A DNA stretch of 64,000 bases, taken from positions 62,001 through 126,000 of the forward strand of contig CDROCS010005180.1 in NCBI GenBank assembly GCA_977020255.1, written 5' to 3'. This DNA is from Obrimoposthia wandeli (Eukaryota). The notes beneath the pieces are model-generated. The model had not been told where the DNA came from. It worked only from the letters and a program-made list of their open reading frames with translations, and searched no databases. Positions 37,089 through 48,857 of the stretch are shown piece after piece. Made by a program: the position numbers and the translations under genes. Every line of letters begins with the position of its first letter. The first letter of the stretch is position 1.

Positions 37089-38703
37089 TTAAAATTAATT
37101 AAATCAAAAGAACACTTTTTGAAATTTTCAGTTAAAAATTTTAGAAATCTTAAAAATTATTAATATTTTAACTTTTTTTAAAAAAGACGCCCTAAATGAT
37201 GTGTTAAATTAAAATATCGATTGTAAAAGGTTAACATATAAAAAGATATAATCATATGTGATAAACGTATACCAAATTTTACATTAATAGTTAAACATTA
37301 TGGAATGCTTTTCACATGGGGGAATTTATTAAAATTTTTATTCAGAGGTGAAATAGAATCGCTAAATATTTCAAACAAAATTTTACTATCGACAAATAAT
37401 TGGAAATTTTGAATAGTATTCTAGATATGCTCAATGAGTTTTTTTGTGAGACTTGTTCTGAGGGTCAATGTCATCTAATGTGATAACTTAGACTCACTTA
37501 TATTCAAAAAAATTCATTAATAAAAATTCATTTTAAAACTCAATTAAAGTTATTAATTAAAATTTTTAAAATTGGTTCGAAAACGTTTATGATAACTTTA
37601 TAGATATGACAATTACATTGAAATGGTTTAAAGCAATTTGCATAAATAGAAAGAAAAATATTTATTGAGTATTTAACAATTAAATGGTGGCAATTTTTAT
37701 CATCCTATAAAATCAAATTTATTATGATGTTTTATTAAATGAAACGGTATGTTCTTTGAAATTTATTAAATTGACTTTATTAATTTACTAAATTGAAAAA
37801 TTGAGAAAGCTTTTATGAAAAAAAAATTTAAAACTTGTATTGTTTGAAAAAAACCTAAATTCATAGTATTTTTAAATGACAAATTAATATTAATAAAATG
37901 ATTTTTATACTAATGAAAATAAGAAGAAGTGTAAGATCATTTGAAGCCTAAACTATTATGAAAAATGAGATTAAATATATTCTACTACTTCTTTCCTTGA
38001 AGTATCATATTTAAATAGTTAATTTTATCATATAAGGTTGACTTTCTATTAACCCTCAAAATCCATAGAAATTTTGCTTGATGAGAGAAAGTTATTTTAA
38101 ATATGTTGTTTTGTAAAGCGATTTCTATAGAATACATAAAATATTAATTTTGTATTCTTGATATTTGAAGAACTTAGGTTATGTGTGAAATGAAAACAAT
38201 GAAGAAAAAAATATTTCAGTTCAAATGATATTAATAACATATATTTAATAAATTGTAAAGGAAATAAATGAATTAAAAAAAGAATTAAAACAAATATCTA
38301 AATTTACATTTTACGTAATATTTGTGGATGAGAATTGATCTACATTTACAAAATTATATGCTATATGGCAAAATACATTTATTTTTAACATTTTTCAAAA
38401 AAACAAAACGCAAATCGTAGTATAGACAATTTTCATGTTTTGTATAATTATTTGATTATTTATATGTTTTATCTTAGCAATAAAACTAAAAACACTAAGT
38501 AAGGCATTGGATATTATTTTTAATAATTAAAATGCTCTAAACAATTAAAAAATGTTATTGAAATGTCACTACAACAAAAATATATGCGTTGCAAAACATG
38601 TATTATTTCATTGTACAAAAATTTAAGTAATGAAAACGTTTAGAACGTATTCACTTTGCTGCAATGAAAATTCATGAAAAGACTCCAGGTTAACGCTATA
38701 TAT

Positions 38704-40087
38704 CAGTGGTTCTCAAACTTTTTTTACTCGCGGCCCCTTTTAAAAAGTTCAACCTACCTGCAGCCCCCCTACGAACAAACACTTATAAAACTTGTTGCGT
38801 AACATTATATTAAAAAATACAGTAAGACTATTAATGAGAGGGATGGTGCTGCATTTTCAACGCGAGTTCACTAATATTGTGCTTGGTTGTCGATAACGCA
38901 CATCGGAGATCGGATTCCACTAGTAATCGATTACGAGATTTCGTTTTCAAGGTTAAAAGGGAAGAAAATCCAGATTCGCATTACTAAGTGGTGCTGAAGG
39001 TTAAAATTATACGCAAGGCAATATCACCAAGAATGGGATACTTTGCAGCCATTTTGATCCAGAAATGGTGAAGGGACAAATCATCGAATAGCAGTTTATT
39101 ATATGACTCACTGACCATGTCTATGAACTGTTCTTGGGATTTAAGAGTGCAGTTTGGTACATCTTCTACCTCACAGCCAAAAGGATTTTTAACAAATTTG
39201 TGCAACTTTTCCGTGAACAAGTTTATAGGAAAATAATGACTGAAGTTATCGAAAAGTGATTGCATAAGGATTCTCATGTTTGTTTTGACGTTTTCATCCA
39301 CAATGACATTCTTCTGTTTCAGAAATGATGCAGTTGTAGGAAACATGACATAAGAATTTCGTGCAACCCCAGATGTCCATAACTTCAATTTGAGACTGAA
39401 TGCTTTTACCTTGTCTGAAGCGTCAATAATGGTCATTTGCTTGCCTTGTAACAAGAGATTTAGATAATTTATGTGGTTAAATATATCAACTAAATAAGCC
39501 AGATATAATACCCATTTGTTGTCGTCGGCTATTGCTGCCCATTCATATTTCTTTTTCTTTTCGAAAAACTCCGCAATCTCTTCCCTCAAACTGTAGACAC
39601 GCTGTAAGACTTTTCCTCTGGACAACCACCGGACGTGTGAAAAATATAATAATGCTTCGTAATCGCTTCCCATTTCAACACATAATTTTTGAAAAATACT
39701 ACTGTTTAATGCCGATTTCTTTATGTTGTTCACCACTTTAATGACATCATTCATCACTGATAACATCGGGGCCGGCATTGTTTTTGATGCTAGCATTTGC
39801 CTGTGAAACATATAACAATTAAACAAAAATAGCACTTGCCTGTGAATCATACAATGGGTGTGAATAACATTTGGAGATATTTCCTTAACTTTCTGTTGAA
39901 ATCCGGACTTTATACCAACCATGTTGGGAGCTCCATCTGTACATATTCTGCATAGATTTTCCCAATTAATGCCATTAACTTCGAAGAATACGTTGACTTT
40001 GTTGAATATATCTTGTGCCGTAGTCGTAGACTCTAGTTCGCTGCAGAACAAGAACTCATCCTTGATTTCCGAATTAGATTCCAGCAA
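38704..40087 (-). mobile_element. hAT transposon, Buster/SPIN (ZBED8/SCAND3-like) type, 5'-truncated
   Basis: TIR CAGTGGTTCTCAAAC at 38704; CTDGAPNM, HCMIHRQ, HVRWLSRGKVL, LAYLVDIF, FSTT then frameshifted CESGFS. Confidence 0.93.
39801..39839 (-). other. 39-nt GC-AG intron-like insertion in the hAT transposase
   Basis: CAG|GCAAGTgctatttttgtttaattgttatatgtttCACAG|G; removal restores HCMIHRQMLASK. Confidence 0.6.
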
Positions 40088-40630
40088 TATGAAACCATCC
40101 TGTTTATAAGAGTTGCAAAGATTTGGTTGCCAGAAAATATTTTGATTGTTCTCATGTTATATTTGATTTTTATTTCAAACTAATTCATTAGCAATAATTT
40201 CTGTCTTCAGTAGTAACAGCAACAAATAATGATCAGCAAAATTATATTTTCAGCAATAACAATAAAATAATGATCACTTAAAATTCTGTTTTAATCAGTA
40301 AATGCAATAACAATGGTCAGCAATAATTCCTGTATTCTGTAATAACAATAATAAATATGGTCAGTAATATTCTCTGTATTTTTTAATAACAATAAAAAAT
40401 ATGGTTAGTAATATTCTTTTTTCTTTAGCAATTTAAAAAAGTAATTTTAGAAATTATATCAAAGCTCTCTATGCCAAACAATTTTATATTCATTTTTCTA
40501 TCATAAGTGAGATTACATAAATTTGCAGACACACACATGTAAATCGGCCCCACTACACAGATAGAAGCAGTAAAATAACACGTGTTTTTAAAATTGGATA
40601 GTCAGAAAATCGATAGAGGATGCAGTCATT

Positions 40631-40748
40631 TCTTCTGTGTTATCTCCTATTTCGCGGGCAATTTTTCTACCGTGAAGCACAAGATAAAAACTCTACATCA
40701 CTGACAAAAATTGCTGTTCGACTGTGGTCATTTCGATAAATTGATTTA
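40631..40748. repeat. Dispersed direct repeat, copy 1
   Basis: tcttctgtg..catcactgacaaaaattgctgttc..cgataaattgatttaa also present at 47507-47607. Confidence 0.9.
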
Positions 40749-41486
40749 AATGAAAGTCAGACCTCTGTAGTTGAAGTAATAAAATCATAAAATTATCATA
40801 ATTAAATAAAACTTTCTTTTACATTAAAACTTAATTTGTATAAATAATTATAATACCCATTACATTCGTAATCAAAAAAATTAAATATGTCTTATGTTAG
40901 GTTTAGGAATTGTAAAAAATTAAATAATGAAGTGAATTTATAGTAAATAAAAATCCTTGAAAGCAAGGTTAGAATTAAATAAATTTTATATCAAAATTAA
41001 AATTGTCAAGTTTAAATAGTAAATAAATATTAAAGGACCACGAAGGTCGTGTGTAATGCGTGAGTATATATTAAGTTAAAATCAAAACAAAAGGGCACAA
41101 CAAAAAGAGAACACGAGAACTAAACGAATTAGAAGAATTAATCAAAAAGGAATCTTGTAATTATTACCGAAGAAGAAACATTACAATTATTATCGTGGGA
41201 GCCAGAACAGTTGCAGCAGTCGTCAATTTCCACATCAAAAGTAAGCGGAATCAATTAGTGAATTAACTGACATCTAATTGTCAGTTCCCACGGAATCCCA
41301 ATTCTTCGCAGTCAGCGACAATCGACATCGTGATCGAGAGATTTGACGGGATCAGTAGAATCCTGCACACCAACTACCGAAGTGATATTCGCAACCAATT
41401 AGAGGAGGTAAAGAATTTTACATATATAGAAACTGAGATAACTTCTATTTTGCAGTTGCCGATTCCGAACAGTTTACCCATTACAA

Positions 41487-41645
41487 GAAGCTACTGATTA
41501 CGAGAAGCTACTGATTACGAAAAGCTACTGATTTCGAGAAGCTACTGATTACGAGAAGTTATTGATTTCGAGAAGTTATTGATTCCGAGAAGATACATTG
41601 ATTTCGAGAAGTTACTGATTTCGAGAAGCTACCGATTCCGATAAG
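41487..41645. repeat. 17-bp tandem array (gaagctactgattacga), about 9 copies
   Basis: Directly visible, degenerating rightwards. Confidence 0.95.
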
Positions 41646-41695
41646 AAACTAAGGTAAAACACACAAATTCCCAATAGAGTTAATAGAATTAATAG

Positions 41696-41879
41696 AAGGA
41701 TTCGGATCGAGCCATCTCTCCGACAAACTCACTACTACGCTAAGGATTCGGATCGAGCCATCTCTCCGACAAACTCACTACTACGCTAAGGATTCGGATC
41801 GAGCCATCTCTCCGACAAACTCACTACTACGCTAAGGATTCGGATCGAGCCATCTCTCCGACAAATTCGCTACTGCGCT
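41696..41879. repeat. 46-bp tandem array, three perfect copies plus one variant
   Basis: aaggattcggatcgagccatctctccgacaaactcactactacgct at 41696, 41742, 41788 and 41834. Confidence 0.97.
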
Positions 41880-41949
41880 ACCGAGCCAACAAGCGGACAG
41901 CACCCCGCACGGATTTAGACCTAGGAGTTTTAAAGTGGAGGTGAGCCGA

Positions 41950-43620
41950 TAAATAGGAGTGAAATTATTTGGATTAAAATAGAAAGGAATTTTCACAGTT
42001 TTAATTGAATTAAAGTATTTCACAGTTTTTGAATTAAAGTAAAAAAGGAATTTTCATAGTCTTATTTGGATTAAAGTAGAAAGGAATTTTCACAGTTTTT
42101 GAATTAAAGTAAAAAAGGAATTTTCACAGTTTTTGAATTAAAGTAAAAAAGGAATTTTCACAGTCTTATTTGGATTAAAGTAGAAAGGAATTTTCACAGT
42201 TTTAATTGAATTAAAGTATTTCACAGTTTTTGAATTAAAGTAAAAAAGGAATTTTCACAGTCTTATTTGGATTAAAGTAAAAAGGGAATTTTCACAGTTT
42301 ATTGAATTAAAGTAAAAAAGGAATTTTCACAGTTTTTGAATTAAAGTAAAAAAGGAATTTTTACAGTCTTATTTGGATTAAAGTAGAATGGAATTTTCAC
42401 AGTTTTTGAATTAAAGTAAAAAAAGAATTTTCACAGTTTTTGAATAAAAGTAAAAAAGGATATTTTACAGTCTTATTTGTATTAAAGTAGAAAGGAATTT
42501 TCACAGTTTTAATTGAATTAAAGTATTTCACAGTTTTTGAATTAAAGTAAAAAAGGAATTTTCATAGTCTTATTTGGATTAAAGTAGAAAGGAATTTTCA
42601 CAGTTTTTGAATTAAAGTAAAAAAGGAATTTTCACAGTCTTATTTGGATTAAAGTAGTAAGGAATTTTTACAGTCTTATTTGGATTAAAGTAGAAAGGAA
42701 TTTTCACAGTTTTTGAATTAAAGTAAAAAAGGAATTTTCACCGTTTTAATTGAATTAAAGTATTTCACAGTTTTATTATGTTTAAAGTAAAAAAGGAATT
42801 TTCACAGTTTTTGAATTAAAGTAAAAAAGGAATTTTTACAGTCTTATTTGGATTAAAGTAGAAAGGAATTTTCACAGTTTTAATTGAATTAAAGTATTTC
42901 ACAGTTTTTGAATTAAAGTAAAAAAGGAATTTTCATAGTCTTATTTGGATTAAAGTAGAAAGGAATTTTCACAGTTTTTGAATTAAAGTAAAAAAGGAAT
43001 TTTCACAGTCTTATTTGGATTAAAGTAAAAAAGGAATTTTCATAGTCTTATTTGGATTAAAGTACAAAGGAATTTTCACAGTTTTATTTGAATTAAAGTA
43101 GAAAGGAATTTTCACCGTTTTAATTGAATTAAAGTATTTCACAGTTTTATTTGGTTTAAAGTAAAAAAGGAATTTTCACAGTTTTTGAATTAAAGTAAAA
43201 AAGGAATTTTTACAGTCTTATTTGGATTAAAGTAGAAAGGAATTTTCACAGTTTTAATTGAATTAAAGTATTTCACAGTTTTTGAATTAAAGTAAAAAAG
43301 GAATTTTCACAGTCTTATTTGGATTAAAGTAAAAAAGGAATTTTCATAGTCTTATTTGGATTAAAGTAGAAAGGAATTTTCACAGTTTTATTTGAATTAA
43401 AGTAGAAAGGAATTTTCACCGTTTTAATTGAATTAAAGTATTTCACAGTTTTATTTGGTTTAAAGTAAAAAAGGAATTTTCACAGTTTTAATTGAATTAA
43501 AGTATTTCACAGTTTTATTTGGATTAAAGTAAAAAAAAAGAAGAAATTTCACAGTTTTATTGAAATTAAAGTAGAAAAGGAATTTTCATAGTTTTATTTG
43601 AATTAAGGTAGAAAAGAAAT
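41950..43620. repeat. Minisatellite of roughly 50 interleaved 27/34/36-bp variant units
   Basis: Units cacagtttttgaattaaagtaaaaaaggaatttt, catagtcttatttggattaaagtagaaaggaatttt and cacagttttaattgaattaaagtattt. Confidence 0.97.
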
Positions 43621-44604
43621 TTTATTGATTGCATTGTGAAACTAATTATCAAATAAAATTGAATTGCCCATAATTACGTTAAATTGCCGAAATTGTATTG
43701 AGATTACCCCGCAATTGAAATTGGAATATTCCGCATTATTGCCTAAATTAGAGCAGCAACTCTACTGAACTTCATCCCGTGCTAGAGCAACAGCTCGGTA
43801 AACTACTCGTACTTTAGAGCAACACTCTGCGAACTTGCCGCAATTTTAGAGAAAAAACTCTAGCATCAACCAACCCTAATACCTAAAATCGATACGTGGT
43901 TCATCCCCACTAGTGTAGAGACTTTCAGAAGTCTTAGGAATTTTACTACAACTTTTTAGAAAATACGTACGTAAACGTATTGTTTTGTTTAGTCTAGTGT
44001 GTTAACAATAAACGATTTCCTACATTAGAAAGCATTGTTCTAAACCCTTCAGATTAAGACACAACAAAAAACCTTCAGATAAGAATTGAGACAGGCACCT
44101 ATAACCTTAAGTAGGCCACAACCATCCCTAAGACCTGCTTCTATATAACTCACGTTAGGGCCCTCCACATTCAAGAGGATCTATAAGTTTCATATAGAAA
44201 CCCCAACACTTACTACACTATGAAAGGGCCTCAGAATATTGCATATAATTAGAATAAGAATGTCCGTGTTCATGCAAATGTAAAATGTATTTTTAATTAA
44301 AAAAATAATAAAAGGATTCATAATAATTGTTTGCGTTACGTAGTCAATCAGTAAGAATAAAAAAATCCAATATAAAATTGTGTTATTTTCCAAAAACAAA
44401 TAATCTTTTAACTACGAGAATTATATAATTTTTTATATTACCAATATTATTATTTTTATTGTCGTCATTTTTTTGTTGTTGTGTTTTTTAAAAAAATATA
44501 ATTTTATTATTATTCAGTTAACAGCTTTTTATTTACTAATTACTTCATGTAAGTATTTTTTAAAATTTCAAATATAAGATTACATTTTTTGTTACTCAAG
44601 TTTA

Positions 44605-45075
44605 TTAGTTTTCTTTAATTACTTGTTGACATAAATTTATGTGTACTCTTATTTCTTTTAGTTTTCGGTCATTTTCAAGTTTGGCTGTTATATTAATTCC
44701 GTAATTACTAATTATTGTATATGAACTTTTGTATAGCATAGATAATTTGTGATATAGACCGACTGTAATTTGTGAGTTGTGATTCATTATTTTATTTCCA
44801 AATTTTAATTCTGACGATCTAGTTGGTCTGTTGTAATATTCTTTATAGTTTTTTTAAATATTTTTTATAAATAACTTAGCTTTTACAAATGTAAGTTTTA
44901 GTTTTTTTCTAATTTCTTTTTTATATTCTGTTATTTCTAGAAAGTGTGTTGTAGGTTGTATTAATGTGAAATTAATATACATTTGAGCATCTCTAAGGAA
45001 CATAAGGTAGAATGGTGTTTCTCCAGTAGTAAAGGTATCTTTAAAAATTAAAATATTGACTATTAGTAGTGTTTT
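44605..45075 (-). pseudogene. Gypsy integrase C-terminal region
   Basis: TTGETPFYLMFLRDA, YKEYYNR, GLYHKLSMLYKSSYTII (GPY/F-like) and RVHINL. Confidence 0.8.
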
Positions 45076-45426
45076 CCATAGTGCAGGTTTTACTATTGAG
45101 TTGTGACTATGCTGCTCACAATATGTTATGAATGTCTCTATGCGTACTCTACAATCAAAATCTTCTGCATATATAAAATCTGTTTCTTGGTTTACTTGAT
45201 ATAATTTTGTATTTTAAATTTTAATTTCTTTTAGGTCAGCCTCTGTGCATTGTTGCAAATCCATTAAGGAAAATTTGTTTTGTATTTTATATTTTGGACA
45301 GTCATAAACTTCTAGAGCATTAATTAGTTTTATCATGTTCATAAATAGACATATTGTTAATATTATCTTTATAAATTTCCATAAACTTTGTATAATTTTG
45401 TTGAATTTTTTTGTGTTTTTAAACAT
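45076..45426 (-). pseudogene. Signal peptide plus N-terminus of a chuvirus-type (class III) glycoprotein
   Basis: Hydrophobic leader, then LEVYDC..FSLMDLQQC..KLYQVNQ..FDCRVRIETFITYCEQHSHNSIV. The YDC/SL-D-C/C-x-V/C-x-x-HSH-x-S pattern is recognised from recall. Confidence 0.62.
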
Positions 45427-46811
45427 TTTTGATTCGTTTTTTCTTGTGTGTTTGCTTTCTTTTCCTGAGTTTGAGTAATTTGGTTTGTTTTTGTTGTTGT
45501 ATATTTATTATTTTGCAATGTTAGACAACCATCTCTAAACATGTCTTTAAATTCGGATTGTAAGTTTGTTTTCTCTGTATTCGGTTCATTGTTATGGTAT
45601 TGTTGATGCATTTCTCTGTAGCGATTATCCATTTCTTTAAGTCTTAATTTTAATAACGCAAATTCATCTGTGTTTGGAGTTGTTTCTGCATTTTCAATAG
45701 TGTGTATAGGGTTTCTAGGAGTATATTATTGATCTTGAGTATTGAATTGTACTGTTTTTTGAATTTGTGGTTATTGATTTATTGTTGTGTTTCCAAATTG
45801 ATTCATAATTGTGTTTAATTTTCTACAGTCATCGGTGTTGTCATTTTTCATATTACATATCTTACAAAAAAATTTATTGTTATTAAAATATCTATTTTGA
45901 TTATTGTAATTATTGTTTGATTTATTGAAATTATTATTCCTTGGTAGAGTATTATTACTTTACCTATTTATTAGTTTTCTACAAGTTTCAATCGTGTGAT
46001 TGTTGTTTTTGCAAAATCAGCAAAATTTTATGTTACTTAATTTTTGACAATTTTTTATTGTGAGATTTTGGAGTCCACAATTTGTGCATTTTTGAAAAGA
46101 TCTTTGTGTAAATTGTGAGTTTGTGAAATTTCGAATTGACTGATTTTTATAAAAACTATTTATTGGTGGTCTAAATTGTTGATGATTTTGAAATTTATAT
46201 TGAGTATCTGGGTTAAAATTCTGAGTTTGGTTGTAGTTTGGTGGTCGTTGTATTTTTTTCAAAAGATAGTGATGAGACTTCGGTTTACTGTAACATATTT
46301 AGTCTTGCTTCTACTAGCTGAGCTTTTCCTGTAGCTTGTTGAAAGTTTTCCACTTCTAGTAATGCTGGGTGATCTCTGATTTTATTATTTAAACAATATA
46401 AGAACTGATTTAAAAGTAATAATTCTCTTTGTGCTTCCTCAATTTCTTGAAATGATTTTGAAGCTAATCATCGCAATTCGACTACAAAGAAAATCGTGGG
46501 TTCTCCTATATGTTGTTCACGTTGTCTGAATTAATTTATGTAAATTTGTTCTGTTTGTACTCCTAGAATTATATTTTGAAAATTTTGTACTAAATGTTCC
46601 CATGTGTCTTTTTGTTGCTCAGTTAATCCTCTATAAATAGTTAAGGCTCTCTTTAGATACTCTTTAGATATGCGGGGAAACCTCTAAATTTTTCTGGGTA
46701 AGTTCATTCAAATGCCTGAGCAAATGAATCGTATATATTCAAGAATTCTTGCAAAGAAGATTTATCGCCATTAAAAGCGTCTGGTGGTACATTCATTCTA
46801 TGACCTGCCAT
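45369..46811 (-). pseudogene. Ty3/gypsy gag with three Cys/His knuckles, disrupted
   Basis: PDAFNGDKSSLQEFL..YLK..ALTIY..W..L..F..RQREQHIGE..FVVELR.LA..LLNQF; knuckles CTNCGLQNLTIKNC, C*FCKNNNHTIETC and CKICNMKNDNTDDC. Confidence 0.85.
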
Positions 46812-47506
46812 CTGAAGTACTTCGTTTATTGGTTCGTTATATTATTTCTATGTTAGGTGATTCTGGTAGTGCCACTGTTTCTGTTGTCTCTGACGAATTG
46901 TCTGAGTCAGATGTTTGTGGTAAAGATAACATTCTGTTTCAGAAGTTTATGTTAGGTTTGGATCTGATAATTGTTTCAAATGTTTAAATCGTAAGAATGT
47001 TTATTAAACTTGCTGAATCACTAGAGAATGTTTGATATTTGTCTTGAGAAAAGGATGGAGTTCAGGGAAAATTTTGTTTTTGCTTATTTATCTTGTTAAA
47101 TTAATATGTGCAAATTTCTTGTTTGTTTGTGTTTATTCGTATAATCTTCAAATTTAGTTTGATTTTATAATCGTCGAGTGTGTTTAAGAGTTATCCGTTA
47201 TATTCTTAAATGAGTATGTGATAGATTATAGTATCAATGCCTCAATAGTATTTTGCAACTATTTAACTATAATTATGTTTAAGTCTAAATTAAGGAATCC
47301 AAATAGTTATTTATAAGTTATTGCAGATTAGTAATTTTTTTAAAAATTGTGAATTAAAGTTTGCTGCTCTTTGAAAGAATTTCTAAATTGAACACACAAT
47401 ATTTTATTAACAGTGTCGTCTCTATAAATGCTTAAGTATAAGATTTTAATTGAGAAAAAATGTAAATATAGTACTCAGATGCGAGTAGTTAAGATAGTTA
47501 AGGTAG

Positions 47507-47607
47507 TCTTCTGTGATATCTCCTACTTCGCGAAGCACAATATAAAACCTAGACATCACTGACAAAAATTGCTGTTCAACTGTGGGCATTTCGATAAATT
47601 GATTTAA
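47507..47607. repeat. Dispersed direct repeat, copy 2
   Basis: Matches 40631-40748 minus an ~18-nt segment. Confidence 0.9.
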
Positions 47608-48857
47608 TTTTAAATTGTAATATTTTAATTCCCAACACTCATGTAAATTAAAATTTTACAAGTAAAGCAAGGGAATAAATGGATCAAGATAATTTCAAGA
47701 TCTTATCCAAAAAATAATGTTAACTGTGCCACTATAAATTTAATAAATTTTGAAGACTTATAGCCATAGAAGTGTAAAATTTCTGTAAATAATTGCGAAA
47801 CTGGAAGAACATTATAAATTGTTTTGAAATTGTTACTTTATTTTTAGTAAAACAACTTGGAAAGTATTGTAACTTTTGCTTATAAAGATTTTGACGAGCT
47901 GTTCATAACACTTTCCTTATTGTATTTGTGTTTAATCCATGTCAATCAATTGGAAGTAAAATAAGAATATCCAACTTACCTCTGAATAAAATAGTGATAA
48001 AATTTTATTCTATATTTTGTCATATGATAAATTTACTTAAATTTGTTCAATCAGATATCTTTCAATAAGATTATAGAGAATGAAAGATAACTCTTTAATT
48101 GAAATGTTGCATTACCTGCTAGTTTAAAATATTTATATTTATTGGAAAACAATACTATTTACGATATAATGGACGGATTTTAAACTATCTAGCATACTGG
48201 TTCCCAAACTAAATTCTAACATGTAATGTCTAAAATAAAACTATCCAAGATAAAGAACAATTTATCAATGAACTCTAAAAGTCGTTGGGTTGAAGTTCAA
48301 TGATATAAATATGATGGGATGATTTCAAAAAAATGTATGTAGCCTTGACTTAATAGTTGAACTAGAAATGTAAAGTTAAAATGAAATTTAATTTAATTCT
48401 TTGACGTTATTTTTTTTACTGTACATTTTTTCATTACTTTGGTTGGATTTATTTATTGTCAAAGTATTTGCATTTCTAATTGTTTAGGTATATTTATATT
48501 TTTCATTAACATTTATATTTAATTTAAATTAATCATGTGAAACATTTATATTTTGTTATAAATATACTGCTCTCTTAAAAATAATTTATTGGAGTAAAAT
48601 GACGTTTATTTAATTCTTTTAAATACAACTAAATTAATACTAAATATTAATATATGTTTTAGTTTGACAATATGAATAATTTATTAAAAGTCAACTTTGT
48701 TTGAAAATATCTAAAAAATATTTGAATTTTTTATTTTTTTTATTCAAGTTTGAGTCTTTGAGATTTAGTAGAATATTTAAGGAAACTTTGGCGTTATTTT
48801 TTCATTTAAATAAATTTCAGTCTTAATTTGATTTAAATTACTATAATTATTGTAGGG

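Larger units (their letters stand above)
40766..47000 (-). mobile_element. Ty3/gypsy-like element: gag, glycoprotein fragment, integrase tail and long repeat-rich 3' region
   Basis: See component features. Possible LTR end CTACA at 40766; 5' LTR and PBS not found. Confidence 0.7.

Noticed and set aside
41696-41879. 46-bp perfect repeats as a CRISPR array
   Set aside because: Head-to-tail with no spacers, no cas genes, eukaryotic context.
41950-43620. Variant-unit array as CRISPR or coding repeat
   Set aside because: Units differ only by a few recurring variants, there are no unique spacers and no long ORF.
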